Of a stretch of DNA of 32,431 nt, positions 19,011 to 29,842 are shown in pieces. A program made the position numbers and the translations under genes. Positions within the stretch are counted from its first letter, which is position 1; each line of letters starts with the position of its first letter. Below the pieces are notes generated by a model. That model worked only from the letters and a program-made list of their open reading frames with translations, had not been told where the DNA came from and searched no databases. The DNA comes from an uncultured archaeon (lineage in GTDB: Archaea; Asgardarchaeota; Lokiarchaeia; Sigyniarchaeales; SOKP01): NCBI GenBank assembly GCA_964525635.1, contig CAZGJX010000044.1, forward strand, positions 1 to 32,431. The letters run 5' to 3'.

Positions 19011-19730
19011 CTATAGCAATCCGTTTTGGTGAATATTATAACTAAATGCTTCTGAAAATACATTATGATAAAAATTAATTATTTTATCTCCTGTATTTTT
19101 TTTCTTTAAAAGTTCGATATTCAAAGCATTAATTCTACTAAATAGCTTGTTATTAAACATCACATTTCTATCTGTCTTAGGATTATAAGACACTTCATGA
19201 ATGAAAATTAGCTTAATTCCTTGATTTTCGCATAAAAAAATCAATGGAGCAATAATTAATTCGAAAAACTCATCTAATAAATTCTGTCTTATTTGGATAT
19301 TGGAGTAACTTGAAAGCTGAAATCTTAAGTGGTGTGAAATATTATCAATTACTAATATCTTCAATCCATATGGCAATAAAGCTGAATCTATTAATCTTTT
19401 TATAGCTTCTTTTTGATGAAGATAATCTCTAATCTTTACTTTAGGATAAATTAGCAATTTCTGCTGTAAATATTCTAGTCTCTCATTATCATTAGAATAC
19501 ATAGAAAATAACCTTTTTTTTGGAAAAAGTTCACTTGCTTGAATCCATATACAAGATTTCTTATTATTCTTATGTCTTAAAATAAAATTAGAACTTAATT
19601 GTAGAGCTAATGTTGTTTTGCCTGTTCCAGATTCTCCATATATATTAATAATTGAGAAATTGTAGAACTTTTGAGATAATATTGATACTAAATTAGTATT
19701 TTTATTTTTATTTTTAACAGAATTTTTCAT
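19011..19730 (-). CDS. RadB-like RecA-family ATPase
   Basis: INIYGESGTGKTTLALQ, LVIDNISHH; lacks the N-terminal HhH domain. Confidence 0.75.
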   Translation of the reverse strand: MKNSVKNKNKNTNLVSILSQKFYNFSIINIYGESGTGKTTLALQLSSNFILRHKNNKKSCIWIQASELFPKKRLFSMYSNDNERLEYLQQKLLIYPKVKIRDYLHQKEAIKRLIDSALLPYGLKILVIDNISHHLRFQLSSYSNIQIRQNLLDEFFELIIAPLIFLCENQGIKLIFIHEVSYNPKTDRNVMFNNKLFSRINALNIELLKKKNTGDKIINFYHNVFSEAFSYNIHQNGLL

Positions 19731-19736
19731 AAAAAC

Positions 19737-20090
19737 TCAATCCTCAAGCAGTAGATCTAATATTTCATTCTTAACAGCATCTATCTTGCTACTCTTATCA
19801 TTTTCTTCTGAATTTATGGCATTATACACATCTTGATGATCAGATTCATTGAACATTTGCTGTACCATAAATAAAGTCGCAAGCTCGTTTACTTGGTTAC
19901 TATTTTGAGAAGCGCCACCTTTTCTAAAGATAAAACTCCTTTGTGCATTACCATCCTTACTTGACTTTCTATATCTTGAATACAAGAAAAACAAGATAAT
20001 AATACCTACTATGACCAAACAATACATCGGGCTCTTATAATAAAGCATTATAAAAGCTCCAAATAAAATAATATAAAAAAACCCTTTCAT
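19737..20090 (-). CDS. Small membrane protein
   Basis: Two N-terminal hydrophobic helices; operonic spacing with its neighbours. Confidence 0.7.
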   Translation of the reverse strand: MKGFFYIILFGAFIMLYYKSPMYCLVIVGIIILFFLYSRYRKSSKDGNAQRSFIFRKGGASQNSNQVNELATLFMVQQMFNESDHQDVYNAINSEENDKSSKIDAVKNEILDLLLED

Positions 20091-20097
20091 CTTTATA

Positions 20098-20973
20098 TCA
20101 CCACTGTCCTAATTCGATTTTAATTTTTTTTCTTTTTCCTGATTTTGTCAATATTTCTATAAAATTATCCAGAGCGATATTTTCTCCTAACTGCTCTTCT
20201 GAGGATTTGTCACTAGTATCATTTAGAAAATCTGAAAAACTTACCAAAGAAATTTGATTATCATTATTTTTTTTATTTTTTGTTGGCTTTAGAGTTGGAA
20301 TGGAGTTCATATAATTATGTCTTGAAGATTTATTATACCCATTATTACCAGCTACATAATTAATCATAAATTTTACACCAATAGCTGAATATTTCAATAT
20401 AATATAGCCAAAACCGATAAAAATGAAATAAAGAAAGCTAAATTTTGCTGGAATAAAAATATCAAATGTTAAAATGTAAACAATTAGCCCCAAGAGAATA
20501 ACCACACCTATTTGACTCAATGATTTTAATGGATTGTTTGTAAAACCCACTTTTATACTACTTATATCAGCAGCTGATGGACCTGCTGCTATAAGAATAG
20601 ATATTACAATAATTCCTGCCAATAATCTATAATACCAAATAAAAGATGCATTAAGTGCTATATCAAAACAAAACCATGCAATATAGCTAGATATAAAAAG
20701 GGGAGCAAGACCTACCAAAAATGCCTGCAAAAAGCTTCCTACTCTACTTCTAATATGACCTCTCATTTCCCTATAACTCACCTTTATCTCTGATGGAACA
20801 ATTCCCATTAATAGACTCATAGTATAATGGCATAATTCATGGATAACGATTCCTATGAATGCAATAATATCCAAAAATGTACCTAAGATTCTCGAAGAAA
20901 TTGCATTTCGAAGCATATTTAGAAAGAATCCGACAATTAATATAATTAGAAATAACCAAATACTATCAAACAT
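20098..20973 (-). CDS. M50-like intramembrane zinc metalloprotease
   Basis: HELCH (HExxH) within a TM segment, GLAPL, GPSAAD. GGTGA SD before ATG 20973. Confidence 0.75.
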   Translation of the reverse strand: MFDSIWLFLIILIVGFFLNMLRNAISSRILGTFLDIIAFIGIVIHELCHYTMSLLMGIVPSEIKVSYREMRGHIRSRVGSFLQAFLVGLAPLFISSYIAWFCFDIALNASFIWYYRLLAGIIVISILIAAGPSAADISSIKVGFTNNPLKSLSQIGVVILLGLIVYILTFDIFIPAKFSFLYFIFIGFGYIILKYSAIGVKFMINYVAGNNGYNKSSRHNYMNSIPTLKPTKNKKNNDNQISLVSFSDFLNDTSDKSSEEQLGENIALDNFIEILTKSGKRKKIKIELGQW

Positions 20974-21400
20974 GAATTTATCACCATATCGATGTATATA
21001 AACAAAAAATGGGTAAAAAACCAAAAAATAAAATCATACAATTAAATTTGAAAGACTTAACCATATTTATCATCCTAATATGAGGACTTAGAATTATAAA
21101 GTACAAAGATTTTTAAACCCGAAATCATCTGGTCAAATATGTATAAAATATCGATATTATTTCATAAATTTTAGATGCTGTCTTTTTTGGTGTGATCAAT
21201 GAAAATCTGACTATAAAATTATTGTATAAAATACTTTTAGAAATATATTATAAATTCTAAAATAATTTCAGAAAATAATGTAAAATTCTTATGAATTTGA
21301 AAAATGTTTTGTAATGATAATATCTAAAAGCAAAACTCCTTCCTTAATATTCTTAAGAAAATAAAAAATTGGTTCATCAAAAAAAAATTGTGATTAAAAA

Positions 21401-22663
21401 ATGGCAACACAAAATGATCCAAATGGTTATTCTATGGGAATCCTTAGCTTAACTTGCGATATATGTGGATCTCCCGATATTGCAGATACGAAACAAGGAT
21501 ATGTCTGTAAGACATGCGGTATTATGTTGGAGATTCAAAAATTAGAATATCATAGACCTTATGTTGAGACAAAAATCCAGCACGAGGTATTATCAACAAC
21601 TAAAATAGGATTACAACGAGAGAGACTCGCTAATCCAAATGCATATCGCTTAGAAAAACTAAATAAAATGCATAAAATAAAGTCTAATGATGATTTTATG
21701 AATCAACTTGCAAGAATTGAAATATCTAACATTGTAGCTTCTTTAAGACTCTCTCCAAAACTTAAGGAATCGCTTTACAGAATTTATCTAAGGATCAGAA
21801 AAGGACTAGAATCTGGTACAAAGTTTAGAAATCCTCAGAAATTAGTACCCTTAACATTATATTATCATCTTAAAGTGAATAATATCCCTCTTGATGAAGA
21901 AAAATTATTAGAAGTCTCTAAGATCAGTAAAAAAGAGTATAATTCATTTAAACATCAGATAATAAGATTTTTTCCAAATTATTATCAGAGAGACCGAAAA
22001 AAATTTATATTAAATCGAATTCTCGGAATCGCTGAAAATTTTGGAATGGGAATGTCTTTCTATAATGAAAGTAAGATACTTTTACCAAAATTATGGGACG
22101 TAATTAAAAACACTAAAGATGATGTTATCGCAGGGCTTATTGCATCAATAGTTGCTCTCTGTCATTATAAAGAGAAGGTTACAGTAAATAGTATTTGCTC
22201 CTATTTAAATATACGAATGAGCACAATTCAATCCCAAGTAAAAGAGAAAATTTTCCAAAGATTTCAAATATCAGGATTTCAGAGCCTTGTTAGATCTTCA
22301 GATATTCTAAGAAAAGTGATAGAGAATTTATTTAGAGTTAAAGAAGAGAGAAAAATGGATTCAGAACCAGTAAAAGATAATGCCTTGAAAGAAGGTATTA
22401 TCTTATCATCTGATATAGTCCAAATAAAATTAAGTGGAAACGTGAAACCTGTGTTTAATTCTCACAATACTATGAAATATTATATTTTTGCTGTCAGAGA
22501 TGAAAGCTTAGGTGAACCAAATTTTATTTCCTTAAAAGTTCCTAAAGCTCAAAGTCTAAAACAAATTGGAAAAGAATTTAGACCTAGAGTACATAGACAC
22601 ATTGAAATTGAGTCTATAAGATATCATAGTGGAAAAGGACCGCCTCTAATATCAGCTTATTGA
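21401..22663 (+). CDS. tfb: Transcription initiation factor IIB (TFB) paralog with C-terminal extension
   Basis: Zn ribbon CDICGS...YVCKTCGIML; two cyclin-like repeats, the second ending in HTH VTVNSICSYLNIRMSTIQ. Confidence 0.75.
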   Translation: MATQNDPNGYSMGILSLTCDICGSPDIADTKQGYVCKTCGIMLEIQKLEYHRPYVETKIQHEVLSTTKIGLQRERLANPNAYRLEKLNKMHKIKSNDDFMNQLARIEISNIVASLRLSPKLKESLYRIYLRIRKGLESGTKFRNPQKLVPLTLYYHLKVNNIPLDEEKLLEVSKISKKEYNSFKHQIIRFFPNYYQRDRKKFILNRILGIAENFGMGMSFYNESKILLPKLWDVIKNTKDDVIAGLIASIVALCHYKEKVTVNSICSYLNIRMSTIQSQVKEKIFQRFQISGFQSLVRSSDILRKVIENLFRVKEERKMDSEPVKDNALKEGIILSSDIVQIKLSGNVKPVFNSHNTMKYYIFAVRDESLGEPNFISLKVPKAQSLKQIGKEFRPRVHRHIEIESIRYHSGKGPPLISAY

Positions 22664-22815
22664 CTTATTCTTAAAATCTTTCTTTTGTAATTTACTTTTT
22701 TTATTTTTCTTTTTTTGTATTCTATCTGTTATTATCTTTGTATTTTACATTTTTTCTTTATATAGACTCATATTGCTTTGACTAATAATTATAAAATATA
22801 TAAATTAAAACCAAA

Positions 22816-25800
22816 ATGAGAACACACATTAGATGTTATGGAAAAGTAGTACTTTTAGGCTTCATTGCCTTATTTTCGATATGTTTCGTACTTCCCAGTA
22901 ATAATCATTTATCTGCTGATGAAATTGCTGATACTGAGAATACGATTGCAAACTCAAGCCAACAGACCAACTTGCAGATTATTGAAGAAATTCTAGATGA
23001 AAAAGTAGCAGATTTTACGAATAATGGGTATTTTTCTCAACTCTATACGCCCTCCTTACAGGGAACTTATTACGGCTTGTATATTCTTGATATCTTAGAC
23101 CGTCTTGATTTAATTAATCAGACAGAAATCACAAATTATATCATGGCTCAATTCAATGATGACTACAATATTTTTATGGATGACTATAGTTTTCGATATT
23201 TGGATACGGATTTTGATTTGAAATATTACCCTCTTACCTCTATTTTACAGACAAATTGTTATGTGATATTGTCCCTTCAATTACTAAATCGGTTGAATCT
23301 CATCGACACACAATATATAATTCAATTTATTTGGAGTTGTTTTGATTCTGAGCAAGGTGGATTCATTGGACAACCATATGATAATAATTTAGAAGAAGAA
23401 TTTAAAATAGCAACTTTAGATAATACTTTCTTTGCCGTAATAACGCTTGACCTTTTAATGAATGATTGGATGCAATATACTACCGAAAGAGACTTAATTA
23501 TTAATTATGTCAATGGACTTCAATCAAATATACCATCAGATCTATTATTTGGAGGATTTTTGAATGATAATAATATTGAATTTGAATCACTGGATTCTTT
23601 TGACCTTAATATTCTATCCTGTTACTATGCAATTAAAACTCTGGAAATTTTTAAGATGGTTGATACAATTCGAATAGATGATTTTAATCAATATTTATCT
23701 AATCTATATGATGATGATCTTAATTATTTTCAATATTCCAGGGTGATGCCTTATAATAATTACTCCAATATAGTAGCCACAAGTATAGGATTAGATCTTT
23801 CATTAAAGACAGAGTGCCCAGCTATTAATCATTCTGAATTATTAGACTTTATAATAAATAATAGAAATGAGTATGATATTTGGGATGCTTCTACAAGTCA
23901 TAATATATATGAATTAATAGATACATTTCGAATACTTAAATCACTGGAAGAATCTGGAAATTTAGCCATATTAACTCAAACAGATAAGGAAAATATTGTA
24001 AATGCGTTAAACCTATTTAAAAGTTACTGTAGCTTTTCGCTTATTCCTAAAGAATATACCAGTCAAGAATTAATGTACAGTATTATTCAATCATTTTCAC
24101 TTTATAATAGAATCTCTGATTTAGAACTTCATGAACTTTATAAACAAATTGAAAAAACCTATTTTGATTCTTCTCAAATCCAAAGTCGTGGTTTTTATAG
24201 CTATATGAATGTAGATGGATTATATAGTATCTTAAGAACATTACCGATTGAGTATTATAATGTTGGAAATCATTATTATACAGAAGAGATTGACTATGCA
24301 TATTCACATAAAAATACATATATGGCATTAAAATCGTTGGAGAGTCTATTTAAATTAGATGATTTTGAATTCATCCATGATTTAGAAGAAATACTAAATA
24401 GTATTATAAATTCTCAATTTTTAGATGAATCCTCAAATAAGTTTGGGGCATTTTTACCCTACGAGAACTTCAGTGTAATTTTAAAAGAGTATCAAGAGAA
24501 ATTTATCTTCTTTCATTATTCCTATTATGCAATTAAATGCATGGACTTTATAACTCATTATTTAGATCTGGGAATTGTCTCTGAATTAAATTTCGATAAG
24601 AGTGCTTTAATTAGTTATCTAGAGAAAAATATTGTAGAAACACCTACTACTCTATATTACAATTCAAATAATACAAATAATATAGAGGCAATTCTACAAG
24701 ATACATATTTCCTTGTTGATTTGTTGATGATATTGGATGAATACTTATTGGATACAGAGAAGATTAAAAATTATATTTTGGAAAATATCGATTATACAAA
24801 TATTAAAAACATATACTATTGCTATAAATTAGATGAAATACTCGATTTGGGAATAGAATTTGATATAGAGCTTACTCATCTCTTGATCAAAAATATTTAT
24901 GATAACACATTAAAAGAATTCTATACTTCAACAGAACATAAGGAAATAGATGGAGAAATCTTATATTGGATATGTTATATGTCAAGAAATGATGATTTAC
25001 GAGTAAGTGTTCAATATCAAGATCCTGTAATGCTTCTTGGTGAAAATAATATTAATGTTTCTATTTGTAATATTATCCTTGAGGATTTCGGACCTTATGC
25101 TGTTGTAAAATATGAAAGCCCCAAAATAGGAACTGTTGTATTAATAAGACAAGAACAAAATCTTTATAATGGTACGATCCCTATTCCTCTCGAATCAGAT
25201 TGCTACCCAATAATTTACGGAAATATCTCCTTATATGAAGGATTGACAAAGATTGCAGGTAAATCATTGAATTTTTCGACTACCTATGATTTAACTTATT
25301 TTTATGACATTATAGAATATGAAGACTCTATATATTTCGAAATAAACTCATCCTTAATAACAGCACAAGGAATGAAAGCATTTGAAAGCATGGAAGCATA
25401 TGTCAATATATATCAAGATGAGAACTTAATTGACCAAATAACATTCCAGATGACCGATTATATATCTTATAATCATTTTAATCTTACTTACAATTACCTT
25501 TCCTTTGAAAATTATACCTTTGACCTATTTTTAAATGATGGGATAAGATTAGAGCCTTATCAAGTCACCACTTTTGAGAGAGTAAGTAATTTCGATGTAG
25601 AAATAAATTATTCTCCTGTAGTACAGCTTAACAGTGTTAATATTATTACTATAAATCTTGGAAATTGTAGTGATGATGTTATTGTTAGGTTTGAGAGCTT
25701 ACAATTAAAGACAGTAATATTTGAGAAAAATGAATATAATAACTATCAAGGAGATGTCCTTATACCTTTACATCCGGATAACTATCCTAATGTTAATGGC

Positions 25801-26292
25801 AATATCAGTGTGTATTATCAAGCAGAGAAAGTCTTTAGCAGAGCTATAACATTCGGAACTACTTATGATATTGATTATACTTATGATGTGATTAGGAATG
25901 GAAATACAATGGATTTTAAAGTTAATTCGTCATTAATTACTGGGTATGGAAGGGAATCATATTCAGAAGAACAGGTATTTATGAAAGTATATAAGGACGG
26001 AAATTTGATAACTAATAATCAAGCTTTCACAATGAGTTTAGGCGATACATGGAACTTATTTAGTTCTTCATATGAAATGCTTTATGCCGATAACTATACA
26101 TTTGAATTATACTTAAATGATGGAATTAGTTCTGAATCTATTAAGATATTAACTTATGAGGGTATCTATAATAATGCTCCACCTAATGAGCCAGTTAATT
26201 TCATGGCGCCCTTAGGGATATTTATGATAGGAATGCCAGGTTCAGTTATCATGTATACTTCATATCGAAAGAATAAAAAAATAACTAAATGA
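22816..26292 (+). CDS. Large secreted, membrane-anchored protein with prenyltransferase/squalene-cyclase-like repeats
   Basis: Signal/TM N-terminus; repeated GGF..../TYY.L.L helices (e.g. FIWSCFDSEQGGF, TFFAVITLDLL); duplicated C-terminal beta domains; TM+RKNKK. Confidence 0.7.
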   Translation: MRTHIRCYGKVVLLGFIALFSICFVLPSNNHLSADEIADTENTIANSSQQTNLQIIEEILDEKVADFTNNGYFSQLYTPSLQGTYYGLYILDILDRLDLINQTEITNYIMAQFNDDYNIFMDDYSFRYLDTDFDLKYYPLTSILQTNCYVILSLQLLNRLNLIDTQYIIQFIWSCFDSEQGGFIGQPYDNNLEEEFKIATLDNTFFAVITLDLLMNDWMQYTTERDLIINYVNGLQSNIPSDLLFGGFLNDNNIEFESLDSFDLNILSCYYAIKTLEIFKMVDTIRIDDFNQYLSNLYDDDLNYFQYSRVMPYNNYSNIVATSIGLDLSLKTECPAINHSELLDFIINNRNEYDIWDASTSHNIYELIDTFRILKSLEESGNLAILTQTDKENIVNALNLFKSYCSFSLIPKEYTSQELMYSIIQSFSLYNRISDLELHELYKQIEKTYFDSSQIQSRGFYSYMNVDGLYSILRTLPIEYYNVGNHYYTEEIDYAYSHKNTYMALKSLESLFKLDDFEFIHDLEEILNSIINSQFLDESSNKFGAFLPYENFSVILKEYQEKFIFFHYSYYAIKCMDFITHYLDLGIVSELNFDKSALISYLEKNIVETPTTLYYNSNNTNNIEAILQDTYFLVDLLMILDEYLLDTEKIKNYILENIDYTNIKNIYYCYKLDEILDLGIEFDIELTHLLIKNIYDNTLKEFYTSTEHKEIDGEILYWICYMSRNDDLRVSVQYQDPVMLLGENNINVSICNIILEDFGPYAVVKYESPKIGTVVLIRQEQNLYNGTIPIPLESDCYPIIYGNISLYEGLTKIAGKSLNFSTTYDLTYFYDIIEYEDSIYFEINSSLITAQGMKAFESMEAYVNIYQDENLIDQITFQMTDYISYNHFNLTYNYLSFENYTFDLFLNDGIRLEPYQVTTFERVSNFDVEINYSPVVQLNSVNIITINLGNCSDDVIVRFESLQLKTVIFEKNEYNNYQGDVLIPLHPDNYPNVNGNISVYYQAEKVFSRAITFGTTYDIDYTYDVIRNGNTMDFKVNSSLITGYGRESYSEEQVFMKVYKDGNLITNNQAFTMSLGDTWNLFSSSYEMLYADNYTFELYLNDGISSESIKILTYEGIYNNAPPNEPVNFMAPLGIFMIGMPGSVIMYTSYRKNKKITK

Positions 26293-26344
26293 TTTTTTTC
26301 ATAATTTTTTCTTTTTATACTTTTATCTCTAAATCTTTTTAAAT

Positions 26345-27007
26345 ATGCAACCTGATTCCTATTCGAAATTATTAGATGATAGCAAAACAACAAGGACACT
26401 AAAAAGTACCGCTAGTTCAAAAAAGAAGGATATAGAATTATTTAATGTAATTCTCGATGCCTTGAACGCCTATAAGGGAAATTACCATAAAAAATTTAAT
26501 TTCGGAAAATTAATAGCTCAATTAGGTATATCGATTAATGAAAGTGAAGATATAATTAAATTAATTCTTAAGTTTCAGAACTTATTTCATAGTACTTTCA
26601 ATGATTATGAGCTCATCCCCAAGAAAATTAATAATTCATTATATTTTTTAACAGAGAAATTTACCAGTAAAATCCAAGATAAAAAAGAAGAGAAAGATAA
26701 CAGAAATAAGACAATTGAATTAAAACTAAAGCAAGATGAATTGAATATGTTAAATGATATTATTTATATATTCAAGCATGTAAATAGAGGAAAAGGTTTT
26801 GATTTATCTTTAAATAATTCTGATCTTATGCACAATATAAAATCTCTGAAATCCTCTTATCCTGCTATATTCTATGCTAATGGAAATAATTTAATATATC
26901 CCTCAAAACTAGGATTAGAACTTGGTGAGACTATTAACTCTTATTTCAAATGTAATCGTCTTTTTGAGAAACTTATTATAGATAATTATAAAATAACAGT
27001 GATATGA
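26345..27007 (+). CDS. Hypothetical protein, possibly winged-helix
   Basis: 220-aa ORF coupled to hef; FNFGKLIAQLGIS is HTH-like. Confidence 0.6.
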   Translation: MQPDSYSKLLDDSKTTRTLKSTASSKKKDIELFNVILDALNAYKGNYHKKFNFGKLIAQLGISINESEDIIKLILKFQNLFHSTFNDYELIPKKINNSLYFLTEKFTSKIQDKKEEKDNRNKTIELKLKQDELNMLNDIIYIFKHVNRGKGFDLSLNNSDLMHNIKSLKSSYPAIFYANGNNLIYPSKLGLELGETINSYFKCNRLFEKLIIDNYKITVI

Positions 27008-27012
27008 TATAA

Positions 27013-29112
27013 TTGAGTGATTCTGAACAATATCAAGATATAGTAAACATAGTTGAAATTGAAAATAAATATCTCAATAAAGAAAAATTAGAGACAAGAA
27101 AATATCAGTTAAGAATTGCAAAGGATTGTGTAGGAAAGAATTCTCTTATTGTATTACCCACGGGTTTAGGAAAGACAATAATTGCGGTACTCGTCGTAGC
27201 ATTTAACTTAGAAAAATATCCTATTGGAAGTAAAATCATTATCATGGCCCCAACAAGACCTCTAATAAACCAGCATTATGAAACATTTCGAAGCTTTTTA
27301 TCATTACCAGAAAAAAAATATTGTATCTTGACAGGGAAAAACTTACCTAAAGAAAGACCTCAAGAATTTCAGACTCATCAAATCCTATTTTTCACACCTC
27401 ATACTTTAAGAAATGATTTAGCAATGAAAAAATACTCCTTAGAAAATACTTGCCTTATAATTTTTGACGAAGCTCATCATGCAACAGGTGATTATCCATA
27501 TGCCTTGATCGCTGATGAATATATTGATCAAAATCCTGACGGTATTATTTTAGGAATGACAGCATCACCAGGAGCAAGTAAAGAAAAAATTATTCAATTA
27601 TGTCATAATTTGCATATACCTCCTACTAACATCCATCTTAGAGCAAGAAAGGATACTGATGTAAAAGGTTATTTAAAACCACTTGACATTTATAAAATTG
27701 GAGTAAATCTTACTTCATTGATGGATGATACTTGTAAGGCAATAAAAATTCTATTAGAAGAACGATTGCAACATCTTGCTGAGTTAGATTTTATCAAAGT
27801 TAAAGCAAAAGCTCTGCATAAAAAAGTTATCAGAAAAGATCTTCTCAAATTAAATAATGAGCTTATATCTCTAGTTCATGGAGATGGTAATAAGACAGGC
27901 GTATATTCTTCTTTATCAATAAATGCTCAAGCATTAATTCTCTTTCATATGATAGAATTAATTGAACAACAAGGTTTGGATGTATTACTTATTTATTTAG
28001 AAAAATTACAAAAAGATGCAAAAAAGAAAAATAGTTCTAAAGCTACAAGGGTATTGGCTTCAGATTATCGAATCCGTCAGATTCATTTAGAATTGATGAA
28101 AAATAAAGAGCTTAATTCCCCAGTATTAGTACATCCTAAATTAAAAATACTTCGCCAAATAATTATCGATGAGTTAAATAAGAATCATGATTCTCGTATT
28201 TTAGTTTTCGTGAAATTAAGGGCTTCTGTTAGAAATATTGTAGAAAATTTAAAGGAAAATAAGTTGATCAAACCAATTAGATTCGTGGGTCAAGCTACAA
28301 AGTCAAAAGAAGATAAAGGTTTGAACCAAAAACAGCAAATAGAACTCCTCGATCTGTTTAAGAAAGGGAAATACAATGTCTTGGTAAGTACTAATGTTGC
28401 GGAAGAGGGATTAGATATCGCTGAATGTGACTTAGTTATATTTTATGATGTTGTAGCGTCAGAAATTCGGTTAATTCAGAGAAAAGGAAGAACAGCTCGG
28501 CATAGAAAAGGAAAAGTTATCATTCTCTATTGTAGAAATACCAATGATGAGGTGTATTTAAATATTGCTTTAAATAAATTAAATAAAATGCAGAGAAATC
28601 TGCAAAAACCAAGCCTTCTGAAAGAAAATGAAAAAAAGATAAAAAATAAGACACAATCTAATTTGGGAGATTTTCTATCTAAAAAGGATAAAGCTAAGAA
28701 AGAAAAAGCTCATTTAGATATAAAGGTACACTGCAAATTAGATATGAAATTTGGACTACGTAAGAAGCTGAGTGAAAATAGATTGCCCTTTATTGTTGTT
28801 GACTCGCAAATAGATATTGAATTATTTGATAAAATAGCTATTCAAATATATGATCCAAGAGACTTTTCTGAAAATAGTATCATAGGAAAAAATCAGATTC
28901 TTCAGGAAAGCCATTCCTTAGGAGTCAATATCTTTGATTTTATTGATTTTTCTGAGAATTATGAAAGTGAAAAGCGCTTATTAAAAACCAAATTTAGGAA
29001 TTTAGGGAATACTTACAATCTACAAGTTATTAATATTGATACTCCTGAAGAATTATTCTTTATTATAAAGAACATCTATCAGCATAATATACAAGAGGAG
29101 AAAAAATTATGA
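27013..29112 (+). CDS. hef: Hef/FANCM/Mph1-like DEAH helicase with degenerate C-terminal domain
   Basis: LPTGLGKT, APTRPL, DEAHHA, MTASPG, RFVGQA, STNVAEEGLDI, QRKGRTAR. Confidence 0.88.
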   Translation: MSDSEQYQDIVNIVEIENKYLNKEKLETRKYQLRIAKDCVGKNSLIVLPTGLGKTIIAVLVVAFNLEKYPIGSKIIIMAPTRPLINQHYETFRSFLSLPEKKYCILTGKNLPKERPQEFQTHQILFFTPHTLRNDLAMKKYSLENTCLIIFDEAHHATGDYPYALIADEYIDQNPDGIILGMTASPGASKEKIIQLCHNLHIPPTNIHLRARKDTDVKGYLKPLDIYKIGVNLTSLMDDTCKAIKILLEERLQHLAELDFIKVKAKALHKKVIRKDLLKLNNELISLVHGDGNKTGVYSSLSINAQALILFHMIELIEQQGLDVLLIYLEKLQKDAKKKNSSKATRVLASDYRIRQIHLELMKNKELNSPVLVHPKLKILRQIIIDELNKNHDSRILVFVKLRASVRNIVENLKENKLIKPIRFVGQATKSKEDKGLNQKQQIELLDLFKKGKYNVLVSTNVAEEGLDIAECDLVIFYDVVASEIRLIQRKGRTARHRKGKVIILYCRNTNDEVYLNIALNKLNKMQRNLQKPSLLKENEKKIKNKTQSNLGDFLSKKDKAKKEKAHLDIKVHCKLDMKFGLRKKLSENRLPFIVVDSQIDIELFDKIAIQIYDPRDFSENSIIGKNQILQESHSLGVNIFDFIDFSENYESEKRLLKTKFRNLGNTYNLQVINIDTPEELFFIIKNIYQHNIQEEKKL

Positions 29113-29639
29113 GTGAAGAGGCCTGTTGGAAAAAAGATACTACTCCTTATCTGATTTTTAGATGCAGTAAATGCAGACAATATTTATATGTTAAACGATC
29201 ACAAAGGAATAAGAAGTGCCTAAGATGTGGAAAATCCCATAATATTAAAAATATTAATGAAGAAGAGATTGTCAATGGAATGAGTATTGCTGTTAAGCGT
29301 GTAAAAGAAAGACAAAATGAACTTGCAAAGAAAACATCAGGGGGCAAACCTGAGCTTCGGGGAGCAAGCGATTTTCATGTATCATCTGATACTAAAAACT
29401 TAGGATTTATAAAAAAACATAGGAAAAGTAATGAGATAAAAGAGAGATTTCAGGTATTACTGAAAGAACTTTCAAGCAAATATAAGATATTTCCAAAATA
29501 TATGATAGAATTACTGATTGAAGATTATCAAATAGAAAAATCAGACCTTAAATTTCTAATTATCTCTGCTCTAAAAAAGGAATTATTAAAAGAAGTAAAG
29601 AAGTATTATTATCAGGTATCAAAAGTGAAAAATAAATAA
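29109..29639 (+). CDS. DUF1922-like Zn-ribbon protein
   Basis: YLIFRCSKCRQYLY....KKCLRCGK; ATGA overlap with the hef stop. Confidence 0.65.
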   Translation: MSEEACWKKDTTPYLIFRCSKCRQYLYVKRSQRNKKCLRCGKSHNIKNINEEEIVNGMSIAVKRVKERQNELAKKTSGGKPELRGASDFHVSSDTKNLGFIKKHRKSNEIKERFQVLLKELSSKYKIFPKYMIELLIEDYQIEKSDLKFLIISALKKELLKEVKKYYYQVSKVKNK

Positions 29640-29644
29640 TTTTG

Positions 29645-29842
29645 TTATCCTGTCATTTCTTTTTTGAGGATCGTTAAATGAATATAATTTTTGGGAACAT
29701 ATTTTATTTTATACTTACGAGAGCTGAACTTATAAAAAGGAATAATAATATTTGATACTTTTATTTTATGTAATTCTGAATTTAATATTATGTTTTCTTT
29801 TGCTTTAAATATAGAATCCTTCCTATTTCCCTTAATACTCAT
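29645..29842 (-). CDS. Small basic hypothetical protein
   Basis: Short ORF supported only by the shared promoter motif at 29882-29895. Confidence 0.4.
   Translation of the reverse strand: MSIKGNRKDSIFKAKENIILNSELHKIKVSNIIIPFYKFSSRKYKIKYVPKNYIHLTILKKEMTG

Noticed and set aside
19095-19112. Promoter-motif-like TTTTTTTCTTTAAAAG
   Set aside because: Lies within the RadB-like CDS (reverse of Lys codons), so it was not counted.
16870-29347. Minus-strand ORFs 16870..17061, 24083..24328, 26166..26399 and 29147..29347
   Set aside because: Short antisense overlaps of well-supported genes.
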